From Eledone cirrhosa (Eukaryota): a stretch of 64,000 bases of DNA. Positions 42,230 to 54,611 of this stretch are shown here, one piece after another. Location: positions 2,604,001 through 2,668,000 of the forward strand of contig OZ024760.1 in assembly GCA_964016885.1 (NCBI GenBank). The letters are read 5' to 3'. A model generated the notes under the pieces. It was not told where the DNA came from, made no database searches, and worked only from the letters and a program-made list of their open reading frames with translations. A program made the position numbers and the translations under genes. The number at the start of each line of letters is the position of its first letter. Position 1 is the stretch's first letter.

Positions 42230-43640
42230 TAATTCTTGATTATTTCCAAAATTATTTCTAAATCACAAGCCACGTCTTTCATTAGAAATATGGTAACAAA
42301 ATTGCAACTTCTAATTTTTAGCTGGAATTGTTGTATTTTAATCATAGATCAACCCTGGAACATTTGATCACTGTTTGCAAAATTATTTCAATCATAGACA
42401 CATGGCTTAGTGGTTTAGTGGTTAGAGTATTGGCCTTGCAATCGAAAGGTTGTGAGTTCAATTCTCAGACTGGGTGATGTGTTGTTTCCTTGAGCAAGAC
42501 ACTTTATTTCACATTGCTCCAGTTTACTCAGCTGTAGAAATGAGATGATAGGGACTGGGGTTCCTATCATTCCACTGCAAAGTGGTCGTGGAGGTGCCAC
42601 GGCAAAAAAGCACCCAGCACTCACTGTAAATGAGGTTGGTGTTAGGAAGGGCATCCAGCTGTAGAAATCAAGCCAGAGTCAGTTCCCGTCCCACCCTTGC
42701 AAGCAGGGAAAAAGCGGACGTAAAATGAAATGAAAAATGAAAATGATAGACAGTGTCTTTCCTTAAAAATATGGTAACAAAAGAGTAACTTTTAATTTTT
42801 AGCTAGAGTTGATCTTGTCTTTTAATCATAGATCAACTCTAGACCATTTTATCACTGTTTGCAAAATTATTTCCGTCAAAGAAAGTGTTTCATTAAAAAT
42901 ATGGTAACAAAAGAGTAACTTCTAATTTTTAGCTGGAGTTGATCTTGTCTTTTAATCATAGATCAACCCTGGATCATTTGATCACTGTTTCCAAAATAAA
43001 TTCTAAATCACAAGCATATCTTCCATTAGAAATATGGTAACAAAAGGGTAACTTCTAATTTTTAGCTAGAGTTGATCTTGTCTTTTAATCATAGATCAAC
43101 TATGGACCATTTGATCACTGTTTCCAAAATGATTTCAATCATAGACAGTGTCTTTCATTATAAATATGGTAACAAAAGGGTAACTTCTATTCTTTAGCTG
43201 GAGTTGATCTTGTCTTTTAATAATAGATCAACCCTGGAACATTTGATCACTGTTTCCAAAATGATTTCAGCCATAGACAGTGTCTTTCATTATAAATAAG
43301 GTAGCAAAAGGGTAACTTCTAATTTTTAATTGGAGTTGTATTTTAGTCATAAATTAGTCCTAGATCACTTGATCACTGTTTGCAAAATTATTTCAGTCAT
43401 AGAAGTTTCCCTTTTGTTACCATATTTATTATGAAAAACACTGCCTGTGATTTAGAAATCATATTGGATCAAATGATTTCTAAATCACAGGCAGTGTCTT
43501 TCACTATAAATATGGTACACAGAAGAGTAACTTCTATTCTTTAACTGGACTTGTTGTATTTTAGTCATAGATCAACCTTGGATCATTTGATCACTGTTTC
43601 CAAAATGAATTCTAAATCACAGGCGGCGTCTTTCATTAGA
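42230..43640. repeat. ~131-bp tandem repeat (about 8 units) with a SINE insertion and an internal inversion
   Basis: AAATATGGTAACAAAAG.GTAACTTCTAATTTTTAGCTGGAGTTG recurs about every 130-133 bp. Confidence 0.9.
42401..42745 (+). mobile_element. Full SINE family B1 with ATAGACA target-site duplication
   Basis: A box TGGCTTAGTGG, B box GAGTTCAATTC, CORE-like CCTTGAGCAAGACACTT, RTE-type tail, (AAATG)n. Confidence 0.9.
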
Positions 43641-43909
43641 GACATACTAACGAATGCGTAGCATCTATATTCAAGTAGAATACTGTTCGGAAATTAAACA
43701 TAGGTACCATTATTTTTCCCTTTTCTCTTTTCACCATTGTCAATACGATCCCCTGTAGGACTATGTACTAGTTTTTCCTTTAAGATGGAAATCTTCAAAG
43801 CCGTCTCTTTGTTCTTATTGGTGAATGCTACTGGATGTCTTGAAGGTCAATAATGGATTTGTAGAAGAAGCAGAAAAGCATCAAAGGATGTGAGGGTAAG
43901 AACAAGCTC

Positions 43910-45623
43910 ACTACTACTACTACTTCTACTAATATTACTACTACTATTACTGCTACTACTACTATTACTGCTACCATCACCACCACCACTACAATCACTC
44001 TACTGCCTTCTCTACCAATTCTACTCCAGCTACTGTTATTACTACTACTACCACCTCCACAACCATTACTACTACTACCATCACCCCCACCACTACTACT
44101 ACTACTACCATCACCACCACTACTACTACTACTACCATCACCCCCACCACTACTACTACTACTACCACCTCCACAACCATTACTACTACTACCATCACCC
44201 CCACCACTACTACTACTACTACCATCACCACCACTACTACTACTACTACCATCACCACCACTACTACTACTACCATCACCACCACTACTACTACTACCAT
44301 CACCCCCACAACTACTACTACTACCACCTCCACAACCATTACTACTGCTACCATCACCCCTACAACTACTACTACTACCATCACCACCACCACTACTACT
44401 ACTACTACTACCATCACCCCCACCAACACTACTGCTACCATCACCCCCACCACTACTACTACAACTATCATCACCATCACTACTACTACAACTACCATCA
44501 CCTCCACCACTACTACTACTACTACCATCACCCCCACCACCACTTCTGCTACCTTCACCCCCACCACTACTACTACCATCACCCCACCACCACTACTACT
44601 ACTACCATCACCCCACCACCACTACTACTACTACTACCATCACCCCCACCACTTCTACTACTACCATCACCACCACCACTACTAATACTACCATCACCAC
44701 CACCACTACTACTACTACTACCATCACCCCCACCACTTCTACTACTACCATCACCACCACCACTACTAATACTACCATCACCCCCACCACCACTACTACT
44801 ACTACCATCACCCCCACCACCACTACTACTACTACTACCATCACCACCACCACTACTAATACTACCATCACCCTCCACCACCACTACTACTACCATCACC
44901 CCCACTACTACTACTACTACCATCACCCCCACCACTACTACTACTACCATCACCACCACTACTACTACTACTACCATCACCCCCACTACTACTACTACTA
45001 CCATCACCCCCACCACTACTACTACTACCATCACCCCCACCACTACTACTACTGCCATCACCACCACCACCACTACTACTACCATCACCACCACCACTAC
45101 TACTACTACCATCACCACCACTACTACTACTACCATCACCCCCCACCACTACTACTACTGCTACCATCACTCCCACCTCTACTACTGCTACCATCACCCC
45201 CACCACTACTACCATCACCCCCCACCACTACTACTACTACCACCCCCACCACTACTACTACTACCATCACCACTACTACTACTACCATCACCCCCACCAC
45301 TACTACTACTACCATCAGCACCACCACTACTACTACTACCATCACCCCCATTAGTTATTACTACTAATACTACTACTAATACCACCACCACCAGCACTAG
45401 TTATTACTACTAATACTACTACTACCACCACCACCACTACTACTGTAGCTACTACTACCACCACTACTACTACAGCTACTGTTGCTACTACTACGACTAC
45501 TACCACCACCACCACTAGTTATTACTACTAATACTACTACCACCACCACCACCATTAGTTATTACTACTAATACCACTACCACCACTACCACCACCACCA
45601 CCACCACCACCACCACCACCACC

Positions 45624-45659
<36 letters not shown>

Positions 45660-45660
45660 G
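43910..45660. repeat. (CAC/TAC)n compound trinucleotide tract
   Basis: CCATCACCCCCACCACTACTACTACTA-type units. Confidence 0.95.
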
Positions 45661-46215
45661 AAGTGACAGTAGTTTCACAGTAACAACACTCCCACAAAAG
45701 GTTATAAGGTTCATTATATGAAATACTTTTTTAATATGAAATACTTTTTTACTGAGAAGTAAAAGTGATTCCTATCTAGTCAATTCACACATGTGTGTGT
45801 ATATGTGTGTGTGTATATGTGTGTGTGTATATGTGTGTGTATATATATGTGTGTGTATATGTGTGTGTGTGCATGTGTGTGTACATGTGTATGTGTATAT
45901 GTGTGTGTGTATACATGTGTGTGTATATGTTTGTATATGTGTGTATATGCGTGTGTATATATGTGTGTGTATATATGTGTGTATAAGTATGTGTATATGT
46001 GTGTGTGTGCTTGTGTTTATATATGTGTATGTTTTGTAAAAATCATATATATATATATATATATATTTATGTATATTTATCATATATATATATATTTATC
46101 ATATATATATATATATATATATTACATAAATATATATATATGAAACAGTTCTAGTCCTGTAGAAGCCATTTCTATATTAAATATTTATATATATATATAT
46201 TTATGTATATTTATC

Positions 46216-46251
<36 letters not shown>

Positions 46252-46879
46252 TCACACATATTTATACATACACACACACAGAGACACACAAACATATATA
46301 TACACACTCACACAGAGCAACCAACAGACTTCTATGAAATCAATCTTCCCTAAGACAGTAGCTCATATTGCGATAAAATGACATTAACCTTCCAATTCCA
46401 GTAGCTTCCAGTTTTATTTCATTAAATTGAAGTAGGTTTCTTCAGGAACAAAATACAAAAAAATGGAAATTGTAATTTAAGCTATATTGCTCTTTTTTAC
46501 ATTTCATTTTCGAAACTTGATTAAGATATGTCAAATCTTTAAGTTATATGAAACTTGACAGAGGAATTTTAACAATTCTTGAAATTCACCTAACAAATTT
46601 GGCTCTGAGACAGCTTGGCACCTCTCACCTGCAAAGTTTTCTTGTTTTTGGCAGGTATGGAAATTAGTAAATCAATAAATATATTTTTTTTATATTTTTT
46701 TTTAATTTGCACAAAAAAAAAATTATTTGGAAGAAAAAGAAAACATTGTCATTTACCATGTGGTGTTTATGAGGTTGTTTGCTTGCAAACAAACCAAATA
46801 TTAATAATATTATTATATTATTATTATTCATTCACGAATATGTTTAGGTATCCACCATATTAAGAGCAAAAACAAATTT

Positions 46880-46935
<56 letters not shown>

Positions 46936-47163
46936 TGCCCCCGTCGTTATCGAGTATGGCCATTGCACAATATAACATTATTGATAATTATCAATTAATG
47001 CAATCGTGCAATGCCTGTGTGAAGATTTTTTTTGAAGTGAGGAAAGACTGTGCACTGAGCCAATCCCACTCTCTGAGCGACCGTAGCTATAACCTGAAAA
47101 AAAAAAAAATTAACTACTGAGCCACAGTTTTGATCTTATATTTGTGTTTGACTTGTGATATCA

Positions 47164-47208
47164 ACTCTGATGATTCCAGTCTTGTGCTAGGATGAAACAA
47201 TTGTAAGT
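47164..47208 (+). ncRNA. Hammerhead ribozyme motif (weaker)
   Basis: ACT-CTGATGA-TTCCAG...CTAGGAT-GAAA-CAATTG-TA-AGT; palindromic ACAATTGT stem III; mismatch at base of stem II. Confidence 0.55.
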
Positions 47209-47334
47209 GATGAAATGCTTAGAAGATTAAACACTCTTTGATTGTCATTTACATTGTATTTCGGCTCTGTATCCTATTGTTTTCATACTTGTAACTGGGT
47301 AATATTTATTATTACCCACCATATATATATATAG

Positions 47335-47370
<36 letters not shown>

Positions 47371-47706
47371 ACACACATATATATATATAAATATATACAC
47401 ATATATATATAAATATATATATATACACACACACACACCTAAGACAGTGTTATTGCCAAAACCTTTTACAATTTTATCATAAACAAAGCCCATTTATCTT
47501 AACTCAATAAAGATGGTATGCAGGACAGGAAGGATGTAAAGAACATAAGAAGGGAAGAGTTGGGGTGGGGGTGGACAATAACAGAATATGAATGGAACAA
47601 AATAATGCATAGATAGCTCTGTGATGCTGGAAGCATCAATTGTGCAGTAAATATGCATCCACTGTGCAGCTACTAAAAGTGTGATTATATATATATGTAA
47701 ATATAT

Positions 47707-47749
<43 letters not shown>

Positions 47750-47753
<4 letters not shown>

Positions 47754-47992
47754 AAAAGAGTCAGGACCCCGATGGTTGAGCTCCGGCAGTTTTGACAGCT
47801 AGATCCGAACTATTACCCAACCACTCCTTACGCCCACTTTGAAAAGAAGAGTTCGGATCTAGCTTTCGAAATGGCTGGAGCTCAGCCGATGGGGTCCTGA
47901 CTCTTTTCCTATTACCCACTCTACTACCCTAAGTATCGAGTACTCTGGTGCATTATGGTCCACCTGGTTCCTTACCACACTTTCTTTGTTAT
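47750..47992. mobile_element. Fold-back element family P4 between TA tracts
   Basis: Arms 47750-47811 and 47850-47911, tail 47912-47990; homologous to 25613-25806. Confidence 0.65.
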
Positions 47993-47996
47993 ATAT

Positions 47997-48032
<36 letters not shown>

Positions 48033-48292
48033 AAAAGTAAACAGAAATAACAACACAATCAGTACAGTATATGGAAGGAATATATTAGGTTAACGCTTGA
48101 AATAGCAGGAAGAAGGTCTGAATGTTTTGGGCGTTAGTCTTGGCCCAGATTCAAAATGCGGTGTTGTTAATCCAAAGAACCAGCGGCTTATGTTGGATTA
48201 ACACCACATTTTGGATCTGGGCATATCAACAAAGTAACAAGGTAAACTTTATTCCATCATTATGTTTCGCTATTTTTTCTGTTCAAGTTCTA

Positions 48293-48351
48293 GCTGCCTG
48301 ATGAAGTCGTAACTGTTGAATAATGGTTATCACTGAAATATATATTGCAGC
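48293..48351 (+). ncRNA. Minimal type I hammerhead ribozyme motif
   Basis: GCTGC-CTGATGA-AGT.GTAACTGTT-GAAT-AATGGTTAT.ACT-GAAA-TATATA-TT-GCAGC; AATAAA at 48359-48364, then a TA tract. Confidence 0.8.
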
Positions 48352-48398
48352 AAATATGAATAAAGGAAGTTAATTTTAACCTGTTGACTTACACTTCT

Positions 48399-48451
<53 letters not shown>

Positions 48452-48454
<3 letters not shown>

Positions 48455-49216
48455 TCCCTCAGAATGAAAGGCAGACTGTATGATGCGTGTATCCGAACAG
48501 CGATGTTGCATGGTAGTGAGACCTGGGCGCTGAAGGTGGAAGACTTACGTAGATTAGAGAGAAACGAAGCCTGCATGCTCCGATGGATGTGTAACAGTAA
48601 TATACGTGAACGACAAAGCTTAAAGGAATTGAGAGAGAGACTGAGCATAAGAGGAATCAAATGCTGCATGCAGGAGAGGCGGTTACGCTGGTATGGACAT
48701 GTGATGCGTATGAAGGATGACAGCTGCATAAAAAGGTGCAGAGCGCTAGAAGTTGATGGAAACCGCGGAGTGGGGAGACCCAAGATGACTTGGGATGAGG
48801 TGATAAAAGCCGATCTTACCCAGCTACACCTCTCAAAGACAATGACACACGACCGTGACTTCTGGCGTCACGCAGTAATACAGGGTACCCGACCTCCCAT
48901 GGGTACATGCTGAAGCATATAAACAATATGCCCCCACTCCCCCCCACCACAAGGTGGTCGTGGAGGTGCCACGGCAAAAAAGCACCCAGCCCACACTGTA
49001 AAGTGGACGTGTAGGCGCCACGAAAAAGCACCCAGCACTCACTGTAAATGAGGTTGGTGTTAGGAAGGGCATCCAGCTGTAGAAATCAAGCCAGAATCAG
49101 TTCCTGTATGAGCAAAGCATGGTCAGCCGACCAGACACTGCCCACAACAGGACAACCCGTCTAACCCATGCTAGCGTGGAAGAACGGACGTAAAACGGTG
49201 ATGATGATGATGATGA
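48452..49216 (+). mobile_element. 5'-truncated RTE LINE: ORF C-terminus plus 3' UTR
   Basis: FSLRMKGRLYDACIRTAMLHGSETW...RLRWYGHVMRM...GRPKMTW to stop at 48913; UTR ends AACCCATGCTAGCGTGGAAG...(GAT)n. Confidence 0.9.
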
Positions 49217-49268
49217 TAGTCTATCAATGTTCTTTCATCACACATCTGTGACATCATCAGTGGTACTA
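49217..49268 (-). ncRNA. Hammerhead ribozyme motif (P2-related, probably inactive)
   Basis: ATAGTACCA-CTGATGA-T-GTCACA-GATG-TGTGAT-GAAA-GAAC-AT-TGATAGACTAT; U16.1 replaced by A. Confidence 0.55.
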
Positions 49269-49379
49269 TTATATATTCATGTATAGCTCAACAGGAGCTC
49301 ATTAGTAGCTGAAGTAGTATTTAATCACGCGTCCCATATCAATTATGTCTTGTTGAGTATTTGACTGCTCAAGTATTCA

Positions 49380-50295
49380 GAAGTATTGGTAGAGGGCCGT
49401 ACGCCACGTTTTGAGAAATAGAGTTACGGCCCTTTACAGTGTGAGTTCAAATCCCACTGCTGAAGATAGGTTTGCATTTCATCATTACAGGGTCGATAAA
49501 ATAAAGTACCAGTAATGCACTGGGGTAATTGCTGGCCTTGTGCCAAAAGTAGAAACAATTATTAATTTCTTCTTATTATTATTATAGAGCTGTGAATTGG
49601 CAGTATCGGTAGAGTGTCGGACACCATGATTTCCAGCATAGAGTTATGGCCCTTTACGTTCTGAGTTCAAATCCTGCCAAAGTTAACTTTACCTTTCATC
49701 CTTCTGAAGGGGATCGATAAAATAATGTACCAGTAATGCTCTGGGGTCGACTTAATCGACTTTCCCCTCTCCCCAAATTGCTGGCCTTGTGCCTACAGTA
49801 GAAATCATTATTATTGATCTAGCTTTGCAGCATAGAGTTACGGTCCTTGCCATTCTGAGTTCAAATCCCGCCGAGGTTAACTTTGCCTTTCATCCTTACA
49901 GGGTCGAGAAAATAAAGTACCAGTAATGTACTGGGGTAATTCCTGGCCTTGTGCCTATAGTAGAAAACATTATTATTGGTGGATTGGCAGTATTGGTAGA
50001 GAGTCGGGCACCATGCTTTGAAGCATAGAGTTACCTCCCTTTATGATCTGAGTTCAAATCCCGCCGAGGTTAACTTTGCCTTTCATCCTTACAGGGTCGA
50101 TAAAATAAAGTACCAGTACTGGGGTAATTCCTGGCCTTGTGCCTATAGTAGAAAAGAAAATACCAGTAATGCACTGGGTAATTGCGGGCCTTGTCCCAAA
50201 AGTAGAAACAATTATTACAGGGTTGATAAAATAAAGTACCAGTAATGTACTGGGGTAATTGCTGGCCTTGTGCCAACAGTAGAAATCATTATTAT
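49380..50295 (+). mobile_element. Cluster of family-A SINE copies and 3' fragments
   Basis: Four bodies plus extra 3' ends, same orientation, (TTA)n tails. Confidence 0.9.
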
Positions 50296-50754
50296 TGATC
50301 TATTTCCATCAACATTGCTAACTTTCATCTCTCTGATGTCCACTTCTCCCTATAAACAAACTACACAGCAAATATTACATCACTTCAGGGTAAACCTCCA
50401 CCCACCCACCCACCCACCCTCCTCAGCCTCCCCCTACTGCTACTCCTCCCCCTCCTCCTTCTTTATTTCAGTATTTCTGTTGATCTTATATTATAGTAAG
50501 GTATTAAGAATTGTTGTCTTGTTGGTTTAATTCCATCACTTCTTACTGTGTAAGCATATATACATATAGATGTGTGTATATATATATATATGTATGTATG
50601 TATATATATATATATGTATGTATATATATATATGTATGTATATATATATATGTATGTATATATATATGTATGTATATATATATATATGTATGTATATATA
50701 TATATGTATATATATATATGTATGTATATATATATGTATATATATATATGTATG

Positions 50755-50808
<54 letters not shown>

Positions 50809-50996
50809 TATATATGTATGTATGTATATATATATATATGTATATGTATATATACACACACATACACATATATATATATATATATATACATACACACAAT
50901 GTATATATATTATACATATTATATATATATACATACATAATGTATATATATTATACATATTATATATATATATATTTTACATATACACATATATAA

Positions 50997-51033
<37 letters not shown>

Positions 51034-51433
51034 CACACATACAAAATACATGTGCGTGTGTGTGTATATTATACGTATATATATATATATAGATATATGC
51101 ATATATATACATATTTATGTAAGCATAAATATTTATGTAACATCATCATCATCATCATAATATATATATATATGTACATATATCATATATATATACACAT
51201 ATTTTTTTCATCCGCCACCCTAATGTGCAAGCACATAAAATATATATAGAAATTGCTGTTCATTATAAAATCTATATTCCCGGCAAATTCCTTTGATCTG
51301 ATAATTTATATGAATTCTTTGAATGCCATCAAAGGCACAACAGATGTTATCAATAACTTTTCTCACCAACATCATTCCATGTTTTCCAAGACAATGGAAA
51401 GCAGTTTATCCGGCTTATGAGTATATGCAGGCT

Positions 51434-51808
51434 GTGAGCATTGCAATTTGGTGTTTGGGTCTGTAACCAGTGACCATCAAAATCATCATCACATTCATCA
51501 TCATCATCATCATCAGCAGCATCATCATTGGCAGTATCAGTAGAGGGTCGGATGCCATGTTTTGCCGCATAGAGTTATGGCCCTTTACGGCCCGGGTTCA
51601 AAATCCCACTGAGGTTAAAAGCACACCCACTGTGAGCATTGCAATTTGGTGTTTGGGGTCTATAACCAGTGACCATCAAAATCATCATCACCATCATCAT
51701 CATCATTGGCAGTATCAGTAGAGGGTCGGATGCCATGTTTTGCCGCATAGAGTTATGGCCCTTTACGGCCCGGGTTCAAAATCCCGCTGAGGTTAAAAGC
51801 ACACCCAG
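51434..51808. repeat. ~199-bp direct tandem duplication containing a SINE 5' fragment
   Basis: TGTGAGCATTGCAATTTGGTGTTTGG...GAGGTTAAAAGCACACCCA occurs twice. Confidence 0.85.
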
Positions 51809-52353
51809 CATGAGGGCATGCAAATGTAATACAAGGACAAGACAATGTGTCTAGTGCTTATGCCATGATGAAACACACCGAATACACTCTGTAAAGTGGT
51901 TGGTGATAGGAAGGATATTCAACCACCCAGCCCATCAGTGAGAGAAGAATAAGTCAGATAAAGTACTGATTTGCTTGACGAGAACCTATCAAACCCATGC
52001 CATCATATAATAAGCAGGTGTAAAACAACGACCATGATGTTGATTGAGAAAATAATTAACCAAATAATAAAAGAAATTTTTAAATAAAATTCGTTTCTAA
52101 TTCTATGACTATATAATTTTTAATTATGCTACTTAATTGTGTCGTCACATTGCATTGTGACTAAATTAAGATTAAATTTGATTACAAAGACAAAGAACAA
52201 TTAAAAAATTTGTCATTTAAAATATTACGAATCAGTTTTGATTAGTAATAAATATTCATGAGAAATAGTGCAATATATATGTGTGTGTGTGTGTATATAT
52301 ATATATACAATGATAGTAAATAAATGGAAACTATATTTATAAAACCATATTTA

Positions 52354-52414
52354 TTTTATTATATATATTTCAAGGGCAACGAAGACAACATTGGTACGCT
52401 TTCATCAGATAAAA
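52354..52414 (-). ncRNA. Minimal type I hammerhead ribozyme motif
   Basis: TTTTAT-CTGATGA-AAGCGTAC...GTTGCCCTT-GAAA-TATATA-TA-ATAAAA; flank homologous to 29441-29530, where the core is deleted. Confidence 0.7.
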
Positions 52415-53277
52415 TACAAAGTTTGTTTTATAAATATAGATAGAGGACATACCCATGAAAATCATACCTTATCGGTTGAAAATTCACTGGATAGTGGAAA
52501 TATATTAGGAATTATTCAAACTTATAAACATTTATGTTTATAAGTTTGAATTATAAACATTTATGTTTGTCGGACTTCCAACAAATTAAATACAACTTCT
52601 ACTTCATCATCATCATCATCATCATCATCGTTTAACGTCCATCTTCCACGTTTGCATGGGTTTGGACGGGAGTTTTCCCACTTGAGGCAAGATTGGTTGT
52701 CTTTTTCATGTAGGACTGTCTGGCGGGTTTTCTACGGCTGGATGCCCTTCCTAACACCAACCATGTTTACAGTGGTTATATATATATTTACATATATATA
52801 ATTTATACATACATATGTGTATGTGTAAATATATAAAATGATTTTATACATGGCGCCATGCAGTTGTACAGAAGATCTGCCTCCCTTGCATACAAACCTA
52901 CAGTCAGTAGGCACCTCTTAACTCCAATTACACCCCAACACACATACCCCCCCCCCCCCCACCCCACATACCCTACCCCAACCTCCCATTTCTGGCCACT
53001 GTGCTGATGACACAACAAAAAGCACCCAATCAACACTGTAAAGTGGTCGTGTAGGAGACACGGTAAAAAGGCTCCCAGTCCACACTGTAAATCTGGTTGG
53101 TGTTAGGAAGGGCACCCAGCCATAGAAAACCTGCCAGAGACACTTCCGTACAAACAAAACACAGTCTCCTGAACATTCTTGCATTAAATGGAACAAAATC
53201 ATCTAACCGATGCTAGTGTGGAAGATGGACGTTAAACGATGATGATGTGTGTGTGTATATGTATATATATATATATA

Positions 53278-53540
53278 TCATCATCATTTTACGTCCGCTT
53301 TTCTCTGCTTGCAAGGGTGGGATGGGAATTGATTCTGGCTTGATTTCTACAGCTGGACGCCCTTCCTAACACCAACCTCATTTACAGTGAGTGCTGGGTG
53401 CTTTTTTTTCCGTGGCACCTCCACGACCACTTTGCAGTGGAATGATATGGACCCCAGTCTCTATCATCTCATTTCTACAGCTAAGTAAACTGGAGCAATG
53501 TGAAATAAAGTGTCTTGCTCAAGGAAACAACACATCACCA
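53278..53540 (-). mobile_element. SINE family B1, 5'-truncated
   Basis: Matches 15245-15499; lacks the tRNA head. Confidence 0.85.
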
Positions 53541-54105
53541 GTCTGGAACCCCTATCTTGCTCAGAACATTGACCCCCTGGAAACTGTTCAGAGATGTGCA
53601 ACCAAGCGAAAACCCTCCATCGGGCATCTACCGTACTCTGAGCGCCTTGCTTCCCTGGGCATGGATACATTGAAGCTCCAACGCCTAGCAACTGACTTGG
53701 TAAATACCACAAAATTATTAACCATCTTGCCAACAACAACCGTGAGTACCTTTTTGATTTCCATGTGTCTAACACACGTGGGCATGCCCACAATGTCAGA
53801 AAACAGCACAGTTCCCATGACTTTCGGAAACATTTTTTCACGCTCAGAGTTGCTGAAGCATGGAACAAACTACCTACATCAGTTGTTAGCTGTCGAGACA
53901 CTGCATCCTTCAAAACCTCCATGCTTCCCGAGATTCGCCAACACTACACCTAATGTTCCCCCTCCATACACATACACACATGTATATCATGACTCATACA
54001 CTATTCACTTCCCTGACATTTGTATATTATTCTATGTACTATACAAGCACCTTTGACGAGTTGTAGTGCACCTGAGCACTTTACACAATAATCTCATTAT
54101 TATTA
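53533..54105 (+). mobile_element. CR1-type LINE 3' end (single 61-bp unit)
   Basis: SPVWNPYLAQNIDPLETVQRCATK...PYSERLASLGMDTL...NTRGH...FFTLRVAEAWNKLP; (ATT)n tail. Confidence 0.9.
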
Positions 54106-54189
54106 TATATACACTAGGTACAGTATATATACACTATCATCATCATCATCATCATCATTTTACGTCCGCTTTTCCCTGCTTGCAAGGGA

Positions 54190-54408
54190 GGGACTATGTA
54201 CATTATATATACACTATATACATTATATATACAGTATGTACATTATATATACACTACTTACATTATATATACACTATGTACAGTATATATACACTATGTA
54301 CAGTATATATACACTATGTACAGTATATATACACTATGTACAGTATATATACACTATGTACAGTATATATACACTATGTACAGTATATATACACTATGTA
54401 CAGTATAT
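54190..54408. repeat. 20-bp minisatellite
   Basis: ACACTATGTACAGTATATAT. Confidence 0.9.
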
Positions 54409-54409
54409 A

Positions 54410-54611
54410 AATGGCGTTGTCCAAGGGAAAGGCAATGGCTGATACAGCTTGGCACCAGTGACATCACAACTCATTTCTACAGCTGAGTGAACTGGAGCAA
54501 TGTGAAATAAAGTGTCTTGCTCAAGAAGACAATGCAAAGCCCAGTCCGAAAATCGAACTCAGAACCTCACGATTGTAAGCCTACGCTCTAACCACTAAGC
54601 CATCCACCTTC
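54410..54611 (-). mobile_element. tRNA-headed CORE-like SINE
   Basis: Reverse complement of TGGCTTAGTGGTTAGAG...GAGTTCGATT...CTTGAGCAAGACACTTTATTTCACATTGCTCCAG. Confidence 0.8.

Noticed and set aside
43890-45413. 507-aa His/Tyr/Pro/Thr-rich ORF with an apparent hydrophobic N-terminus
   Set aside because: Entirely a (CAC/TAC)n microsatellite that drifts between frames, with a non-ATG start.
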